NCBI GenBank assembly: GCA_963674945.2
Contig: CAXXWQ010000004.1
Location: forward strand, 320,001-384,000
Length of the DNA: 64,000 nt
Reading direction: 5' to 3'
Source: an uncultured Desulfosarcina sp.
Lineage (GTDB): Bacteria; Desulfobacterota; Desulfobacteria; Desulfobacterales; Desulfosarcinaceae
Position numbers and translations under genes: made by a program. The notes below the pieces were generated by a model. That model saw nothing but the letters and a program-made list of their open reading frames with translations, had not been told where the DNA came from and did not search any database. The first letter of the stretch is position 1, and each line of letters opens with the position of its first letter. This document shows positions 60,706 through 64,000 of this stretch, piece by piece.

Positions 60706-61013
60706 TTACCCCTCACAGGCACCAACACAAAAAAGCTTTTTTTAGCTTTTTTCTTAATTATTTGTCAACCCTCATTATCGTCTTTTTTAGGGCAACCGCC
60801 TTTGCATTTTATTCCCTTATCTCATGCTCTCAACTCCTTCGAGGGGGTTGCCCTGTCGTCTTTCTTACGTGGTAATAACGAATTTTTAACGGAAATGATC
60901 TTGAACTGACGAGGCCACCTATAGTATCAGTTTCGATTCGGTCGTTTGTTCAATAAACGGTTTGTCAACCAAGATGCAGCAATGTCACCATTGAAGAAAG
61001 GAAGTTTCGATTC

Positions 61014-62342
61014 ATGGCTACAGTATTGCCCTTTAAAGGAATACGATATAATCCGGAAATCATCGACGATCGGTCAGCGGTCACGACACCCCCCTATGAC
61101 GTTATTTCCTTGGATGAGCAGGATGAATTTTACAAAAGACATCCCAACAACATCATCCGCCTGATATTGAACCGGGCCGAGGCGACAGATACAAAAGAGG
61201 ACAATCCCCATACGCGATCGGCGGCCCATTTCAAGCAATGGATGTCTACTGGCGTCCTGAAGCAGGACGACACCCCCTCTTTTTATGTGAAAGCCATCAC
61301 CTATAACCACGAAGGGCAGGATATCACCCGATTTGGGCTGATTGCGATCGTCGGCGTGGAACCCTTTTCCAAACGAATCGTCCTTCCCCATGAGAAAACC
61401 TTTTCGAAGGTGAAATCCGAAAGGCTCTCGTTGATAAAGGCCACGCGCTGCAACTATTGCCCCATTTTCTCGCTCTATCCCGACGATGGTAGTATTCTCG
61501 GAACCGTATTGGGTGCCATCGAACCACTTTCCCCCGTGGATGACTTCATCGACGAACAAGGACACCAAAATCGTTTGTGGCAGATTGTCGATCCTGAAAT
61601 TCATCAAAGGGTGACAAAGGCCATGTCCGACAAACGGCTGTTCATCGCAGATGGGCACCATCGCTATGAAACGGCACTGAATTACAAACAATTTCTTCAA
61701 AAGACCGATCCAACCTTCGATGATGGCCATCCGGCCAATTACGTGATGATGTACCTTTGCAGCATGAGCGACCCCGGTCTGAACATTCTTCCTGCCCACC
61801 GGCTGATCAAGGCCGTTACATCCGAAGAGGTTCAGCAGGCCATCGAAGCATCCCGCAGCTATTTTCAAGTCACGGACTATCCCTTTACGGCGGAAAGTCG
61901 CCGACAGGTGGAGAAAAATTTTCTCGCCGCCCTCGAGACCGGATCCGACAGAAATTGTATCGGAATCTATGCCCGTGGCGCCTCGGTGTTTCACCTGCTG
62001 ACACTAAACGCCGGTGTCATGGATCAGTTGTTCGAAGATGAACTGCCGCCACCCTTGCGGCGGTTGGATGTGAGCGTTTTGACGAGACTGATATTCATGA
62101 AAATTCTTGGGTTTGACACGGCAAGGTTGGACGATGAAACCTTGATCGGATATGCCAGCACCCATGATAGAGCACTTCGAGCAATCGACAATGGCACCTT
62201 TGATGTCGCCTTTGTTCTCAATCCAACCCGGATCGAACAAGTTCAGGAGGTTGCGCAAAAGGGCCTGATTATGCCGAGAAAATCAACCTATTTCTACCCG
62301 AAGGTTCGATCTGGATCGGTGATGAACACCCTTGTCCCTTAA
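61014..62342 (+). CDS. DUF1015 family protein
   Basis: PPYDVI, PHEKT, IADGHHRYETA, MPRKSTYFYPK. Confidence 0.92.
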   Translation: MATVLPFKGIRYNPEIIDDRSAVTTPPYDVISLDEQDEFYKRHPNNIIRLILNRAEATDTKEDNPHTRSAAHFKQWMSTGVLKQDDTPSFYVKAITYNHEGQDITRFGLIAIVGVEPFSKRIVLPHEKTFSKVKSERLSLIKATRCNYCPIFSLYPDDGSILGTVLGAIEPLSPVDDFIDEQGHQNRLWQIVDPEIHQRVTKAMSDKRLFIADGHHRYETALNYKQFLQKTDPTFDDGHPANYVMMYLCSMSDPGLNILPAHRLIKAVTSEEVQQAIEASRSYFQVTDYPFTAESRRQVEKNFLAALETGSDRNCIGIYARGASVFHLLTLNAGVMDQLFEDELPPPLRRLDVSVLTRLIFMKILGFDTARLDDETLIGYASTHDRALRAIDNGTFDVAFVLNPTRIEQVQEVAQKGLIMPRKSTYFYPKVRSGSVMNTLVP

Positions 62343-63061
62343 TCTGACAACATTCGCTGGACGGATTCGGTGTACGCACCGTCCTCGTTGTACAGGTAGA
62401 TCGGCGGGCTTATTTCAAGACCCGTTCCTCCGCTTTTTACACCAGAGACAAAAACAAGCCGTGCCGGACCGGCTGTGTTTGAATGGATCATCGTCATGGA
62501 CTTGGGCTCGATCCCGACGCTGCGCATCGTGGTAACAAGGTCCACGGTGCGAAGGGACGGATAAATGATGGCAAAACGCCCGGACTTGTCGAGCATCCGA
62601 TAGGCCGTGGATAGCAAAGAGGCCAAATTGACACGCAATTCGTGCCGTGCCACGGCCTTCTGACGATCGGCGCTGATACGGCCGCTTCCCAGCCGACGGT
62701 ACGGCGGATTGCTTACCACCAGATCCACTGGCCCGCCGATATCTGTCACGGAGAGCTGGGTCATATCCTTGTTCAGGATGCGAATCTGTCGCTGCATTCT
62801 GTTGACCGCTACGTTTTTGCCGGCCAGATCGGAAAGTGCGGTCTGAATCTCGACTCCGATCACCTTAACGTCCGGTTGTCGATAGGCCAGCATGATGGGA
62901 ATCACACCGCAACCGGTTCCCAGGTCCATTATCCTGTCACCGGCCTGTGGGCACGCCAGGTGTGAAAGGAGCACCGCATCGATGGAAAAGCGGTAACCGG
63001 ATTTGGGTTGGTCCAAAAGGATGTTACCCGATAGAAAGCGATCGTGGGTCAGCGAATTCAT
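62339..63061 (-). CDS. tRNA1(Val) A37 N6-methyltransferase-like
   Basis: GYRFSIDAVLL, DLGTGCG, NPPY, ARHE. Confidence 0.9.
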   Translation of the reverse strand: MNSLTHDRFLSGNILLDQPKSGYRFSIDAVLLSHLACPQAGDRIMDLGTGCGVIPIMLAYRQPDVKVIGVEIQTALSDLAGKNVAVNRMQRQIRILNKDMTQLSVTDIGGPVDLVVSNPPYRRLGSGRISADRQKAVARHELRVNLASLLSTAYRMLDKSGRFAIIYPSLRTVDLVTTMRSVGIEPKSMTMIHSNTAGPARLVFVSGVKSGGTGLEISPPIYLYNEDGAYTESVQRMLSD

Positions 63062-63064
63062 GGA

Positions 63065-63382
63065 TTACAAAGGGCCGATCTTAAACTTGATATCCTCGAT
63101 CGTTTGATGGGAAAGGCCTTGATTGATCTTTTCCAGCAATTCGGACTTCAAGAAACGGAGTTGAAATAGCCAAGCGGAACTGGTCACGTGCACCAAGAGG
63201 AGTGAGCCATTGATGGCAAAGGGTTTCGCGTTATCCGAGATCGGCTTTCCCACTGCTTTTTCCCACACGTGGACAAGGTGCAGCACCCCTCCCCTGTTCC
63301 GGGAACGGTATTGGTCCATAATGGATTCAAGCACCTGACCAATGGGCGTAAAGGTTTTGTTCTGCGACCGTTTATTCCCCAT
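63065..63382 (-). CDS. DUF721 / DciA family protein
   Basis: WEKAVG, LLVHVTSSAW, IKFKIG. Confidence 0.85.
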   Translation of the reverse strand: MGNKRSQNKTFTPIGQVLESIMDQYRSRNRGGVLHLVHVWEKAVGKPISDNAKPFAINGSLLLVHVTSSAWLFQLRFLKSELLEKINQGLSHQTIEDIKFKIGPL

Positions 63383-63631
63383 TTTCCATCAATCCTTCCG
63401 ATATCATGATGACGATATAAATGGCGTTTGCCCCAAAGTCAACCATTCGAAGAACCATTGATTTTCCTTGACTTCGGCGATGGTCGATCTTAAATTATCA
63501 TAATTTTTCATGAATTTTGGGTAACCGTGAAATTCGGCATTGCAGCCGATAAAATAGGAATGAAGGACAAACCGGTGTTTTCCGGCCTGTTTCGGAAGCA
63601 CCATTTTGGCAACACCAGACAAGGATATAAA

Positions 63632-64000
63632 ATGGCTTGGGATTGGGAAAAGTTAAACCGACAGCAACAGCAAGGTGGCGCACCACCGCAAATGGAAGAC
63701 ATCGTCAATCAGCTGAAGAAGTTCAAACCACCCGGTGGTTCGATGCTGATCATCCTGGTAATCGTCTTGCTGATCGTCGGATACAGCGTTTTTTTCACCA
63801 TCGAGTCCGGCAGTGTGGGTGTGGTCCAGCGATTCGGAAAATTTGTTCGCATCGCACAACCCGGTCCTAACTTCAAGATGCCCTTTGGTATCGAAAAAGT
63901 AACCAAGGTTCGCCAGGACAGGATCTATAAAGAGGAATTCGGTTTCCAGTCCGAACGAAGCCCCTATGGCAGCCAGTACAGTGCAGCATCGGATACGGCC
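63632..64000 (+). CDS. hflK: FtsH modulator HflK (truncated by window)
   Basis: MAWDW..PP, TM, VGVVQRFGK..PGPNFKMPFGIEKV (read by hand; not in the ORF track). Confidence 0.88.
   Translation, partial: MAWDWEKLNRQQQQGGAPPQMEDIVNQLKKFKPPGGSMLIILVIVLLIVGYSVFFTIESGSVGVVQRFGKFVRIAQPGPNFKMPFGIEKVTKVRQDRIYKEEFGFQSERSPYGSQYSAASDTA

Noticed and set aside
1..64000. CRISPR array, rRNA, integrase or prophage genes
   Set aside because: No regularly spaced direct repeats with spacers and no such genes were recognised; the tRNA-Ser flanks show no island.

Overview
A 64 kb bacterial chromosome window. Gene content suggests a sulfate-reducing Desulfobacterales (Desulfosarcina-like) organism; this is inference only. 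The left half (1-32 kb) is accessory and partly decayed. It opens with the end of an IS1380-like element inserted into the 5' end of a MEMO1-AMMECR1 (AmmeMemoRadiSam B+A) fusion gene, followed by a membrane spermidine-synthase-like gene. Next come a cobalamin riboswitch with attenuator, an internally deleted TonB-dependent receptor, cbiK and cbiF. It also holds a tandem Lrp regulator opposite a FadL-like porin, a sigma54 activator with acyl-CoA ligase and dehydrogenase, an ArsR-YeeE/YedE sulfur module, ybcL, a hybrid kinase, an Opp ABC operon, an M24 peptidase and many gene fragments (BLUF, YdjM, TauE, pirin, RhuM-Fic, ybcL). The right half is core genome: rpsI-rplM, CYTH, a bactofilin operon, DUF62, ruvCAB, tol-pal-cpoB, an HD protein, cheAWBR, MscS, HTH-EIIA, ClC, USP, recR-ybaB-dnaX, two tRNA-Ser, DUF1015, a methyltransferase, DciA-like and the start of hflK. 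No CRISPR array or rRNA was seen. The best candidates for undescribed biology are: (1) a bactofilin operon with a chimeric membrane-anchored CpoB-TPR paralogue; (2) a family of ERIC-like structured hairpin repeats placed just after stop codons, all in the same orientation relative to transcription; (3) an apparently exported MEMO-AMMECR1 fusion paired with a membrane SAM-dependent transferase. All family calls come from motif recognition by eye; no searches were run.
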